From: Candidatus Woesearchaeota archaeon
GTDB taxonomy: Archaea; Nanobdellota; Nanobdellia; Woesearchaeales; UBA10216
Assembly (NCBI GenBank): GCA_016192905.1
Contig: JACPTG010000001.1
Location: 357,005 to 421,004 of the forward strand
Reading direction: 5' to 3'
DNA: 64,000 nt
A model generated the notes under the pieces. That model saw only the letters and a program-made list of their open reading frames with translations, had not been told where the DNA came from and searched no databases. Of this stretch, positions 28,716 to 38,318 are shown piece by piece; position 1 is the first letter of the stretch; each line of letters starts with the position of its first letter. Position numbers and translations under genes: made by a program.

Positions 28716-30014
28716 ATGGATGACTCGGCCATAGAAAGATCTGAAATCCTGCTAAGACTGATAGAAAAGGCTGCAAGATTCAGCACAAGATTCAACGTAT
28801 ACCCCTATAGTGCCGCTGCCAGAATAGTTGATGAACTATACAGGCTGGCAGAAAACATCCCTGCTGTTGAAGATCCAAGCAACAAGCATGAGGTAATACA
28901 GGCAGAGCTAAAAAGAAGAATGGCCAGCGAAGCCACAACCCTGGAACACTATATACTTGGAAGGCCATATGACTTTAATACGGTAATGGCCGTATACGGA
29001 ATTGCAGGCGGCGACGTGGTAGGGCTAAGAGACTGGCTGGACAACAACAGGGCAGGCGCTCTGGCCTCAATTGACAGGCTCTTTGAGTCAGCAGACGTTG
29101 AGAGCTACGAGCTTGGGCTTCACCTGGACATCCCCCAAGTGAGAAGACAGGCTGAGGAGTTTGCAGCTGTCCAACTGCAAAAATATCACGCCAAACTGGG
29201 GCGACTCACACAAGGCTTATCAAACGTGGGCGAATACCTCAGGGATATCAGCGCTGTGCCCACAACAGAGGGAAGGTCATACTTTGACCCGCTTACATCC
29301 ACGCTGGCAGTTAGCTTCCCCGCATTTGTTTACCAGACAGAAGACGGCAGCATGCACATCAGAGAGCGCGAACTCGTAAGAATCTATGGGCATGAAGGAA
29401 TGGGACACGGCCTAAACCAGGTCATGACCAAAGCCAGCGGACTGCCCTACTTCCTGACCAAAGACTCACAGATAACACAGGCAACCGCCGAATCCCTGGC
29501 ACAATTCTACCAGCGCAGAATACTTGAAGACCTCAAGAATTCGCCTGAAACACAGAGGGCGCTGGGAATAAATCATGACTTTGAAGACATATACCGGGAA
29601 TCCCTTGATGTGGCCATAGTGGAAGAATACAGACTCAGGACCATGCAATATGGGATAAGCCTGCTCGCAGACAAATCCCTCGGAAGCCCGGAAGACCCGG
29701 CAGCAATAAGAAGGAGGATAGCTATCCTGAGCGAGGTGGCCATTGACCCTGCATTCCCGCAAAGCTTCATAGAAGGCAACAGAAACAACTTCGATTCCAG
29801 GGGCAACCTGCACCCTTACCTCGTCAGCGAGCTGAGGTATGCGGCGCAGCCAGTCCAAAGGGCGCTGGATGCGTTCGCCAAGAACGGAATTCATTATGAC
29901 CCAAATGGCAGGAACCTGATAGACCAGACTATGCTCACCGGATTCTGGACGCCAATAGGATTTGTCCAGAATGCGCAGGTTGCAGCCGTGGAAGGCCTTA
30001 GCCTGAAGGCATAA
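28716..30014 (+). CDS. Putative zinc metallopeptidase with HExxxH motif
   Basis: YGHEGMGHG followed about 25 aa later by TAESLA. Confidence 0.65.
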   Translation: MDDSAIERSEILLRLIEKAARFSTRFNVYPYSAAARIVDELYRLAENIPAVEDPSNKHEVIQAELKRRMASEATTLEHYILGRPYDFNTVMAVYGIAGGDVVGLRDWLDNNRAGALASIDRLFESADVESYELGLHLDIPQVRRQAEEFAAVQLQKYHAKLGRLTQGLSNVGEYLRDISAVPTTEGRSYFDPLTSTLAVSFPAFVYQTEDGSMHIRERELVRIYGHEGMGHGLNQVMTKASGLPYFLTKDSQITQATAESLAQFYQRRILEDLKNSPETQRALGINHDFEDIYRESLDVAIVEEYRLRTMQYGISLLADKSLGSPEDPAAIRRRIAILSEVAIDPAFPQSFIEGNRNNFDSRGNLHPYLVSELRYAAQPVQRALDAFAKNGIHYDPNGRNLIDQTMLTGFWTPIGFVQNAQVAAVEGLSLKA

Positions 30015-30306
30015 TCCTGATACCCTGTTTATCCCTCGTCAAAAGGCCCTGTCTGCCCTCGGAGATGCCACACTCTTCGGCCACATCACTAGGAATCCTG
30101 ACAGCAATGCTGTTGCCCCACTTGGCAAAGGTTACCTGCCTGGCATTCCTCAGCCTCCTGTACTTTGCAGCCAGGCTCCTCAGCTGAGGCATTGTCATAA
30201 GCTCCTCTCCGCACTTAACACACCGATAAGCCTCAAACTCAACCCCATCCTGCCTGATAACATCCTTATTTCTTTCCATAGCACCATTACACACTGGACA
30301 TTTCAT
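29998..30306 (-). CDS. Zn-ribbon (MqsA/YgiT-type) plus AbrB/MazE antitoxin
   Basis: CPVC...CVKCGE and KWGNSIAVRIP motifs. Confidence 0.9.
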   Translation of the reverse strand: MKCPVCNGAMERNKDVIRQDGVEFEAYRCVKCGEELMTMPQLRSLAAKYRRLRNARQVTFAKWGNSIAVRIPSDVAEECGISEGRQGLLTRDKQGIRIMPSG

Positions 30307-30542
30307 ATTAGTTCCCCCCTCTCTACAGTTTTGATTACAATCGCATGGCCGAGGTCTTCACCCAAACAGATTATGGAACCATGCTTGCCCTTTTTGACAA
30401 ATTTCAGTCCATTCTTCCCGAATCGAGTTACTTTTCCTGTCCTCAAAACATCAAGTACCTGATCAGGATAGGCTATCTCCCTTTCCCTCGCCCTTTTAAC
30501 CGCATGAACGGTAATCAGTACCGGCCTGCCTTGGAAATCCAC
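30303..30542 (-). CDS. DUF4258-like putative RNase toxin
   Basis: ITVHAVKRARER...VIKTV; coupled to the antitoxin. Confidence 0.8.
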   Translation of the reverse strand: MDFQGRPVLITVHAVKRAREREIAYPDQVLDVLRTGKVTRFGKNGLKFVKKGKHGSIICLGEDLGHAIVIKTVERGELI

Positions 30543-30594
30543 ATATCTCTGTAGATACTTAGATATACGAGTATAAAAATGTTTTTCGTATTTG

Positions 30595-31386
30595 TTACGA
30601 TATCGGCAACCTTAGAATATCCTTCAGCTCGTCAAAAGATGCCACAATGTGGTCAGCACCCCTACCGCCATAACGCCCCTTCCTGTCCATTAGAACACCC
30701 GTGAACCCGAACCTTCTCGCATCCGCAACCACCCTTGGCGAATCATCCACCATTATACAGTTTTCCTTCGGAACGCCTGAAACCCTAAGGCACTCCTGCC
30801 AGAAGCTGTCACCAGGCTTCCTGAAAGGGTCGCCTATGATAACCCTGGCTTCAGGAACGAAATCAAGCAAGCCTACAGCCCTTGTCCTTTCCATGCGATT
30901 TTTCCGCGCGTATTCCGAATCGTAAGAAAATTTTCCATTCCTCACAACAAGCCTGCTGTCGCTGCCAACAGCGATAAAACAGCCGGGAGATGACTTTACG
31001 AAACGCCGCGCGTCAGGATAAAAACTGGCATTTGCGACCATCGCATTCCAATAAGCATCCATTGCCTCAGCAATCTGGGCGTCAGACACCTGAAGCCTGT
31101 GCTTATCTGACAAATACCTTACATAAAGCTCCCTGCTGTAAATGACATTCGGCTTCTCGATGCCATCAGGGCAGGCCACAGGGTATGAATTCAATTTAGC
31201 GAGGAACTCCCTGCTTTCCGACGTCTCCCTGTCCTGATGATACGCAACCGCAAGAGAGAACAATTTCCTGAACTCGGCAGCCGCGGCCTCAGGCCAGAAA
31301 GCCCTGAGATAGGCGTATACAGCCTCGTTGGCCGCATCAGAATTAAAGGTCATCAGCGTATCGTCAACGTCAAGGAAAAAAGGCAT
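30595..31386 (-). CDS. HAD-superfamily hydrolase
   Basis: LDVDDTL motif I, KP motif III, MVDDS motif IV. Confidence 0.9.
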   Translation of the reverse strand: MPFFLDVDDTLMTFNSDAANEAVYAYLRAFWPEAAAAEFRKLFSLAVAYHQDRETSESREFLAKLNSYPVACPDGIEKPNVIYSRELYVRYLSDKHRLQVSDAQIAEAMDAYWNAMVANASFYPDARRFVKSSPGCFIAVGSDSRLVVRNGKFSYDSEYARKNRMERTRAVGLLDFVPEARVIIGDPFRKPGDSFWQECLRVSGVPKENCIMVDDSPRVVADARRFGFTGVLMDRKGRYGGRGADHIVASFDELKDILRLPIS

Positions 31387-31501
31387 GCGCCGGGGGGCGC
31401 CTTAATAGCTATAAAAAAGTTGCCAATATTACATAGTTTGCCCAACAGTTGGAACCTGCTGCCAGAAAATTCTTAAAGCCACCGATGACGCACAGGAACA
31501 A

Positions 31502-32599
31502 ATGAACATTATTTCAGAAGGCAAAGCCAGGATTTATGCCGAAAGCGGAAGGATAAGCAGAAAAATGGAAGCCTTCTACAACCCTGCCATGAAGCTCAAC
31601 AGGGACCTGTCAGTGCAACTGCTAAATGCGGTGGGCAGGAGGAAGATGCAGATAGCAGACCCGCTTGCCGGGACAGGGGTAAGATGCATAAGATTTGGAC
31701 TGGAGCTTGAAAAAGGATTGGCGGAGAGGATTGCAATAAACGACATATCAAGAACAGCCATTGCCTCTGTAAGGAGAAACCTCAAGCTGAACAGGATAAG
31801 CAGCAGGCTGGCCAGCGTAAGCAATAAGGATGCAAACATCTTCCTGCTTGAAAGCAAAGGCTTTGACTACATTGACATAGACCCGTTCGGAAGCCCTGCG
31901 CCATTCCTTGACTCTGCAACGCAGCGGCTTGCAAGGGGCGGGATAATCGCAGTTACAGCCACAGACACCGCAGCCCTTGCGGGAACCTCGCCCGGAGCCT
32001 GCATGCGAAAATACTGGGCAAGGCCACTGCGAAACCAGTCAATGCACGAAACAGGCCTCAGGATACTGATAAGAAGGGTGCAGCTTGCGGGAATGCAGCA
32101 TGAAAAGGCCCTTACACCAATACTTTCCTACCACGACCAGCACTACCAAAGGACGGTCCTAAGCTGCAGGAAAGGAAGGATACCTGCTGCAGCGATATAC
32201 AGGCAGCATGGATTCATAACAAGCTGCCTGAAATGCCTGCATGCAGAAGCAACCGCGCTGCCAAAGGGGAACTGCAGCGAATGCGGGTCAAAGGCTGAGA
32301 TTGCAGGGCCTTTATGGCTTGGGCAGACCAGCGACGCCAGGCTATGCCTAAGGATGTCAAAACACGGCCACAGGGAACTGCTCACAGCAATAGCAGCCGA
32401 AAGCAAAGTAAAAACGCCCTGGATTTACAACCTGAACTCCCTGTGCCGCAAATCCAGGATTGGAAAGCCGCCAAGAATAGAAGCGGTAATTGACAGGCTG
32501 CGGCAGGCCGGGCATAAAGCAGCGAGAACCCACATGGACTGGGAAGCGATAAGGACTGAAGCAACTGTGAAGGAAATAGTTGAAGCAATTAAGCATTGA
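31502..32599 (+). CDS. trm1: tRNA (guanine26-N2)-dimethyltransferase
   Basis: FYNPAMKLNRD, IDIDPFGSP, TATDTA, GPLWLG motifs. Confidence 0.97.
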   Translation: MNIISEGKARIYAESGRISRKMEAFYNPAMKLNRDLSVQLLNAVGRRKMQIADPLAGTGVRCIRFGLELEKGLAERIAINDISRTAIASVRRNLKLNRISSRLASVSNKDANIFLLESKGFDYIDIDPFGSPAPFLDSATQRLARGGIIAVTATDTAALAGTSPGACMRKYWARPLRNQSMHETGLRILIRRVQLAGMQHEKALTPILSYHDQHYQRTVLSCRKGRIPAAAIYRQHGFITSCLKCLHAEATALPKGNCSECGSKAEIAGPLWLGQTSDARLCLRMSKHGHRELLTAIAAESKVKTPWIYNLNSLCRKSRIGKPPRIEAVIDRLRQAGHKAARTHMDWEAIRTEATVKEIVEAIKH

Positions 32600-32630
32600 T
32601 GGAACTTTTGGCTGAATAACTAAAATTGGA

Positions 32631-32711
32631 TTGTAGCAGCCTGTTCCTGCTTTGTTTCAGCTGCCCCTTTCAGGAGGCTTGTAACGTGTACGGCCGCTTC
32701 GTTCACTACAA
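32631..32711. repeat. Dispersed ~75-nt structured intergenic repeat, copy B (terminal TTGTAG...CTACAA inverted repeat)
   Basis: Homologous to copies A and C. Confidence 0.75.
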
Positions 32712-32803
32712 CTGCAATGTCAGCTCCTTATAAAAAACAAGCTATAAAAAACAATCAACCTCAACGACAAGAATTAAATACGGGCTGTTCCTGCCTGGCT
32801 TCC

Positions 32804-33175
32804 ATGGGATGGGACGAGTTGCAAGCGGTGGGGCGCATAATTTACGCAATCAAGCTTAATTATATCATTGGCGACGGACACGCCAGTGGAGGGGAGCGGC
32901 TTATTCCTGACCCGACTGTGAGAATTGCGGTTCAGGCTGCCGGCGTAATGATTGATACCCTCCTGGAACAGGCTCCGCAGCCTGACAATCTTTGGAGCAG
33001 GGAAAAGGACATAGCCAAGTCCATTGCTAGTCTTGGCCCGGACTATTACAATCTCCATGCATTCTTTGGTGAGGATCCGTGCAACTACAGCCGAGTGGCT
33101 GAAGGGCTGCCTGCCGGGATCAGAGAAGTCGTTTTAAGAGGATTGGAGTACAGGCCAGGGCACGCGGGACGATAA
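32804..33175 (+). CDS. Hypothetical protein
   Basis: ATG about 30 nt downstream of TTAAATA; no recognised family. Confidence 0.6.
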   Translation: MGWDELQAVGRIIYAIKLNYIIGDGHASGGERLIPDPTVRIAVQAAGVMIDTLLEQAPQPDNLWSREKDIAKSIASLGPDYYNLHAFFGEDPCNYSRVAEGLPAGIREVVLRGLEYRPGHAGR

Positions 33176-33250
33176 AGAACAGGCCGGCGACGCAAAACAA
33201 AGGGCAAAGATTTATATATGATTTCTGCCGGAAAAGGCTCTGGAAACGAG

Positions 33251-34033
33251 ATGAAAACAGCACACCAGCTTCTGCTAAGCATAGGGATAGTGTTCCTTTT
33301 TATCTTCTTCCTCAACGTCAAGCCGCAGATGACCGGCCTTGCCGTTGCGCAGGACTCAGGCCCTGAAATAACGATTACCAGGGCTGAAGGCACAGGCAGC
33401 CAGGGAATCGTGGAGTGGAGCACAGGCAGGGCAAGCAGGGCCTCATTTGAGCTTGAAGGAAGGACTGCTGAATACGACTATGCAAAGCGCTTTGAGATGA
33501 GGCTTGAAAGCCTCAAGCAGGGAAAACAGTACAATTACCAGATTACAGCATGCGACAGGGACGGAAAATGCAGCCAGGCAACAGGAACCTTCACATCAAT
33601 GTATCCGCCTGCAATAACAGGGTGGACTGTGAATGACGCAAGAGGACTGCAGAAAATGGCCGGGGCAGCCTTCCTCATCCTCCTGGCAGCAGCGGTGTCA
33701 ATGGTCATCGTAAATGCAGGCCTCCAAAGGCTGGACAAAAACAGACTAATGCCTGCCTCATTCAGAGTCAAGCTGAAGCTGGACAAGGCTGAAAAGGCGC
33801 TGGAAGAAAAGAAACACCACCATGCCTTCGCGCACTACAGGGAACTAAAGGAGTTGTATGGCAGGCTGGGGGCAGGGCAGAAGGAAAAGCACAACAAACG
33901 GGTTATGGGCGTATACAGCGAGCTCCTGTCGCACAACAGGGCAAAGGAGGCAAGCTACCTCGCGGACAGGTACCTTAGCGGAACAATAAGCAGCGGCGAA
34001 ATGCAGCGGCTAAGGGAACTGATAGAAAACTAG
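33251..34033 (+). CDS. Membrane protein with FN3-like extracellular domain
   Basis: Two hydrophobic segments flanking LESLKQGKQYNYQITACD. Confidence 0.75.
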   Translation: MKTAHQLLLSIGIVFLFIFFLNVKPQMTGLAVAQDSGPEITITRAEGTGSQGIVEWSTGRASRASFELEGRTAEYDYAKRFEMRLESLKQGKQYNYQITACDRDGKCSQATGTFTSMYPPAITGWTVNDARGLQKMAGAAFLILLAAAVSMVIVNAGLQRLDKNRLMPASFRVKLKLDKAEKALEEKKHHHAFAHYRELKELYGRLGAGQKEKHNKRVMGVYSELLSHNRAKEASYLADRYLSGTISSGEMQRLRELIEN

Positions 34034-34305
34034 CCAACAGTCCTTCTCACATCAAAAACATCAACGCTCTGAACACCCTTAACCAGTGCAATCTTATTCT
34101 CCAAAGGCTCTGTTGTCCCCTTCGCCTCACCCATCACGAAATGAATATGCAGGGCCTTCAGGCCAAATGCTATGGGAATAACCTCCCGCTTCGCAACCTT
34201 GCCGCCAAATTCCGCTATCAGGGCAGAAGCCTGCCTGTCAATCGCGGAGAGGTCCTCATCAGGGGAAGAAGGCATAATCTTCAGATTAACAATAACGCTG
34301 GCCAT
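34030..34305 (-). CDS. ef1b: Translation elongation factor aEF-1beta
   Basis: KIMPSSP...PIAFGLKAL motif; start set at MASVIV. Confidence 0.95.
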   Translation of the reverse strand: MASVIVNLKIMPSSPDEDLSAIDRQASALIAEFGGKVAKREVIPIAFGLKALHIHFVMGEAKGTTEPLENKIALVKGVQSVDVFDVRRTVG

Positions 34306-34306
34306 C

Positions 34307-34477
34307 TCAATTAGGACCTGAAAAACTGCACTCAGGACACCTATACTTAACAGCCTTCTCCCGGCAGGAAGTACAGCGGACGATGTCATACTTCAGGCAG
34401 TTCGGACACTTAAACTTGACTGTGCCCTTGACATTGGTAATCCGCCGCTTGCAGGAAAGGCACTTAACATCAACCAT
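34307..34477 (-). CDS. Zn-ribbon protein (DUF1610/HVO_2753-like; not in ORF track)
   Basis: Hand translation with four CxxC pairs ending CPECSFSGPN; conserved neighbour of EF-1beta. Confidence 0.9.
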   Translation of the reverse strand: MVDVKCLSCKRRITNVKGTVKFKCPNCLKYDIVRCTSCREKAVKYRCPECSFSGPN

Positions 34478-34517
34478 GATAAATGCGGCAAAAAAGGGTG
34501 ATATAAAAATCTTTTTG

Positions 34518-35060
34518 CTACACCAGCGGCCTAATCAAAACAAAGGCCACTGCTGCAAAGAAGGCTGAGATAGGAATTGTAAGAATCCACGCCAGCAGGA
34601 TTTTCCTGGAAACCCCCCATTTAACCGCGCTTACCTTCTTTGAGCCGCCCACGCCCATTATTGAACCGGCAATCACGTGAGTCGTGCTGACAGGAATCCC
34701 AAAATGGGCTGTGCCAAGCAAAACAGCCGCGCCTCCGCTCTCAGCACAGAAGCCATCAATAGGCCTGAGCTTGGTAATCTTATGCCCCATTGTCCTGACT
34801 ATCCGCCAGCCGCCAGCCAGGGTTCCCAATGCTATTGCGGTGTGCGCTGCAAGAATCACCCAAACATCAATCCTGAAGGAGCTCATCATCCCAGAGGAAA
34901 AAAGAGCCAAAGCGATAACACCCATTGTCTTCTGAGCGTCATTCGTGCCATGCCCCAAACTATACCAGCTGGCTGAAACCAGCTGAAGGCGCTTGAACCA
35001 GCCGTTCACTGAAACAGGCGGGAACCTGCTTGCAATGGAATAGGTGATTATGGTACAGAA
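34518..35060 (-). pseudogene. 5'-truncated PiT-family inorganic phosphate transporter (C-terminal half only)
   Basis: HGTNDAQK and PVSTTH motifs; frame runs into the divergent promoter with no N-terminal half. Confidence 0.75.
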
Positions 35061-35102
35061 TTCAGAAAAATATATAAAGATGCGGCAGCCAGGAAGAATG
35101 GG

Positions 35103-36029
35103 ATGAAAAAGGGGGGAGCGGCTGCCTTTGCAAAGGACGTGCCGCCTGAGTACAGCTTCTGGCTCTGCGACGGCAGGGTCATAAGGAACCTGAAAAGCCT
35201 TGCAGAGGCGCTTTCAGACATGAAAAGCAGCACCTACTCCTACCACGCAAACTCAATGAAGAACGATTTTGCGGACTGGATAAGGGACATTGTAAAGGAC
35301 CAGCAACTATCAGAAGCTGTCAGGAAGGCCGGAAGAAGCCAGGCTGCAGAGTTCATAGCAAAGAAAACAGGCTTACGGCTTCCGAAAGTGGCAGCCACCG
35401 AAGCAAAGCCTGATAAGCCAACGCCAGTGGTAAGCCAGCCAGCACCAGTGAAAATCCAAAAGGCGCAGAAGCAAATCCAGCCTGAAAAGAGGCAAATTCA
35501 TAAGGCTTTGGCTCAAAAGGTTGTGAAAAAGCCCAAGCCAATAACAAGACCAGAACCCATAACAAGACCAGAACCAAAGCTTACAGTGGAACTCCTCAAG
35601 AAAATGGAAAGGGAGCTGGGCGAAAAGGAGAAAAAGCTCAACGAAGAGGAAGACAGGGCAAACCAGAGGAAAATAGAGCTTACCAAAGAAAGATACGAAC
35701 TCCTCAAGAAGAGGGGAGAGCTTGAAAGAAAGAAATTCGAATACTTCATGTCCAGGCGAAGCGCGGCAATAAGGCTGCCAGAGCTGCCAAAGATTGACGC
35801 TGCAATACAGCCAGCTGAATTCACCAGGGACAAGCTGGAAGAGCTAATAACCCAGGCCAGAAGCGGCTTTGAATCAGGAAAACAAGATGAGGCTGTCAAG
35901 AGGCTAACCGAGGCCCAGCAAAGAATGGGCCGAATTCCGCTAAAAACTGATGAAAAAAGGCACTTGCGGCTTCAAATCATGGAGCTGGAAGCAGACCTAA
36001 AGCTTGCAACAATAAAGCAGGCGGCATAA
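35103..36029 (+). CDS. DUF5752-like domain plus coiled-coil protein
   Basis: FWLCDG...YHAN..KNDFADWIRD motif. Confidence 0.8.
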   Translation: MKKGGAAAFAKDVPPEYSFWLCDGRVIRNLKSLAEALSDMKSSTYSYHANSMKNDFADWIRDIVKDQQLSEAVRKAGRSQAAEFIAKKTGLRLPKVAATEAKPDKPTPVVSQPAPVKIQKAQKQIQPEKRQIHKALAQKVVKKPKPITRPEPITRPEPKLTVELLKKMERELGEKEKKLNEEEDRANQRKIELTKERYELLKKRGELERKKFEYFMSRRSAAIRLPELPKIDAAIQPAEFTRDKLEELITQARSGFESGKQDEAVKRLTEAQQRMGRIPLKTDEKRHLRLQIMELEADLKLATIKQAA

Positions 36030-36042
36030 AGTGGTTGGTGGC

Positions 36043-36077
36043 TGGTAGTTAATGGTTGGTAGTTAATGGTTGGTAGT
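36043..36077. repeat. Short tandem repeat TGGTAGTTAATGGT (about 2.5 copies) between convergent genes
   Basis: Direct inspection. Confidence 0.6.
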
Positions 36078-36114
36078 GATATTTGTGGTTGATATTAATT
36101 CTTGAATAAACCTG

Positions 36115-37206
36115 TCACAAAGCCCTGATGACCTTATTACCGGCATCAACCTCAAAGCTCTTGCCGAGGAACTGCTCAACAACATAAACATTCGTCAGGC
36201 AATGGGGAGTAATTTTGGAAGCCCTGAATGAGCCGCCAGCAAGGGCCAGGAAAGGAACAAGCTGGTCGGCAAGAAAAGGGTCCACCGGAGCGCCGCTGTC
36301 AATAACTGATGAAAGTGCGCGGGCAGCCTCTGCGCCAACATCCTCGGCCTTCCTGCCCTTTGCACCCAAAGAATCGCCCCCCACAACTACCGGATTAAAG
36401 GAATCCACCTCATCCATGCTGTTCAGGAAAACAGCCCAGAGACAAATGCCAGAGCCTGCTGACAGGGAATCCGAGTAAAAGGAATCAATCCTGACAGGGC
36501 CGCGGCCTGAAAGAATGCGGCGAGCGGCAGAAGACTGCCTTTCGGCAACCTCAGCTTTCTGAAGGTCAAGCGACGCATGGGAAATGCCCCTGATGCCTGC
36601 AAACCTGCCCTGCTCCATCAGCGTTACATCAGGGCAGCCATCCCTTACCATTTTCCTGAACTCCTCAAAACTGCCAAAATCAGTGCGCCTGAACCTCGGC
36701 GAGACCGACAGCTCAATCCTCCCGCCGCCCCTTGGATAATAGCCGCGCCTGTCCAGATTGAGCTCAACAGACTCTGCAAAGCGCGCAACATGCGGGAGAA
36801 AAACATGCTTCAGGTAATCATAAGGCTCGCTCCAGGGCACATCAGTGCCGCCTGTAAGCCTCAGCCTGAATTTCCCATCAGCAAAAAGGACAGGAAGCAG
36901 AAGGGCCTGCAGAAGCAGGGTAACCGAGCCAGCTGTCCCAACATCAACAGAGAGCGTCCTGGAAGGCACGCTGCCAGGATGAAAAACAATATGCCCTGAC
37001 CCAAGTTCTGCGCCCTCACACCTTGCCCCCATCTCCGCAAGAGCCCTGATGCAGTGAAGATGCTGCGCCTTCAGCCCGGAGTCACACCTGCCCTTCCTGA
37101 TACCCTCCACCTCAAAAGGAATGCCTGTAATGGTTGAAAGAGCCAGTGCAGTCCTGACTATCTGACCACCTCCCTCACCAAAGCTGCCGTCAAGCCTAAT
37201 CATCAC
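36115..37206 (-). CDS. rtcA: RNA 3'-terminal phosphate cyclase
   Basis: DGSFGEGGGQIVR, GGTDV, RRGYYPRGGG, ADQL, HCLTN motifs. Confidence 0.96.
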   Translation of the reverse strand: MMIRLDGSFGEGGGQIVRTALALSTITGIPFEVEGIRKGRCDSGLKAQHLHCIRALAEMGARCEGAELGSGHIVFHPGSVPSRTLSVDVGTAGSVTLLLQALLLPVLFADGKFRLRLTGGTDVPWSEPYDYLKHVFLPHVARFAESVELNLDRRGYYPRGGGRIELSVSPRFRRTDFGSFEEFRKMVRDGCPDVTLMEQGRFAGIRGISHASLDLQKAEVAERQSSAARRILSGRGPVRIDSFYSDSLSAGSGICLWAVFLNSMDEVDSFNPVVVGGDSLGAKGRKAEDVGAEAARALSSVIDSGAPVDPFLADQLVPFLALAGGSFRASKITPHCLTNVYVVEQFLGKSFEVDAGNKVIRAL

Positions 37207-37272
37207 AGGCAGGAAAGCCTAACTGGTTTAAAAACAAAACGTTTAAAAAAGCCCAAGCCGGAAACAGGCCCG

Positions 37273-38256
37273 GTGATAAGGCACCTAAGGACGCTCAAGG
37301 GAAAGGCCATCCGCGGGGAAGGAATCGGCTACAAGAAGCCCTCCAGAAATGAGCTTCTCTGGCTATTCCTACTCGAACCCAAGCCAGAAGAGATAGCGAA
37401 AGTGGTCAGGGACTTCGGGCTCGAAAGAAGGCCATTCGACCTGTTCAGCCGGGAAAAGCACTCGGTCAGGTATTCAATGGACCCATTCCAGTTTGTAATA
37501 GTTGACTATTATGTTGAAAACGACAAGGTAGGCGCATCGCACCTCCTCTTCAGCATAAAAGACAACGTGCTCATACTGGTTGCCAGCAAAAGCGCCAAGT
37601 TTTACTATGAGCTGTTTGACAGCATAAGCGAAGGCATAGAAAAAAACAAGATATCCACCAGCAACATCGGAAGGATACTCCACGCATTCCTGCAGGAAGA
37701 CATAGAAGGAAACTACGACGTGCTTGAAAAGACAGAGGAGCAGATAGCGGCCATAGAAGAAAGGGCGGCAAACTTTGAGGGCACAAAGCCAGCAGACATA
37801 AAGGACATAATCAAGCTCAAGCGGAAACTCTTCATGATGGGAAGAAGATTCTGGGCAAGCACAAAAATAATCTTCCTCCTGAAGGCAGGCTTCACCAACG
37901 TAAAAATAGACCCTGAAACAAGCAAGCTCCTGATTGACGTGCACGACACATTCCTCCACCAGATAGACATAGTGACGGCGCAGAAGGAGATGCTCAGCGA
38001 CGTGATGAGCATATACTCCACAAACATAAACAACAGGCTGGCACAGCTGTCAAACGACATGGGAAACGTGACAAAAAAAGTGTCATCCTTCGCCCTCATA
38101 CTCCTCCTGCCCACCCTCATAGCCAGCTTCTACGGCATGAACTTCGCCCACATACCCCTGGCGTCCACGCCATACGGATTCTACGCCGTTATAGCAGGAA
38201 CCGTGGCAACAACGCTAATACTCTGGCTGCTGTTCAAGAAAGTGAGATGGCTGTAA
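37273..38256 (+). CDS. corA: CorA-family magnesium/cobalt transporter
   Basis: PTLIASFYGMNF signature and two C-terminal TMs. Confidence 0.93.
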   Translation: MIRHLRTLKGKAIRGEGIGYKKPSRNELLWLFLLEPKPEEIAKVVRDFGLERRPFDLFSREKHSVRYSMDPFQFVIVDYYVENDKVGASHLLFSIKDNVLILVASKSAKFYYELFDSISEGIEKNKISTSNIGRILHAFLQEDIEGNYDVLEKTEEQIAAIEERAANFEGTKPADIKDIIKLKRKLFMMGRRFWASTKIIFLLKAGFTNVKIDPETSKLLIDVHDTFLHQIDIVTAQKEMLSDVMSIYSTNINNRLAQLSNDMGNVTKKVSSFALILLLPTLIASFYGMNFAHIPLASTPYGFYAVIAGTVATTLILWLLFKKVRWL

Positions 38257-38318
38257 TAATTGTTGGACTGGGGCAAATTTTTTATATCACTGCAACCCAT
38301 TAAGGCATGGGTGATTAG

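Noticed and set aside
32631..32711. Integron attC site
   Set aside because: Ends do not follow the RYYYAAC...GTTRRRY order, flanking genes include housekeeping genes, and no integrase is seen.
38316..38318. Genome-wide UAG reassignment
   Set aside because: rpoP, aEF-1beta and UPF0147 end at TAG at their expected C-termini.
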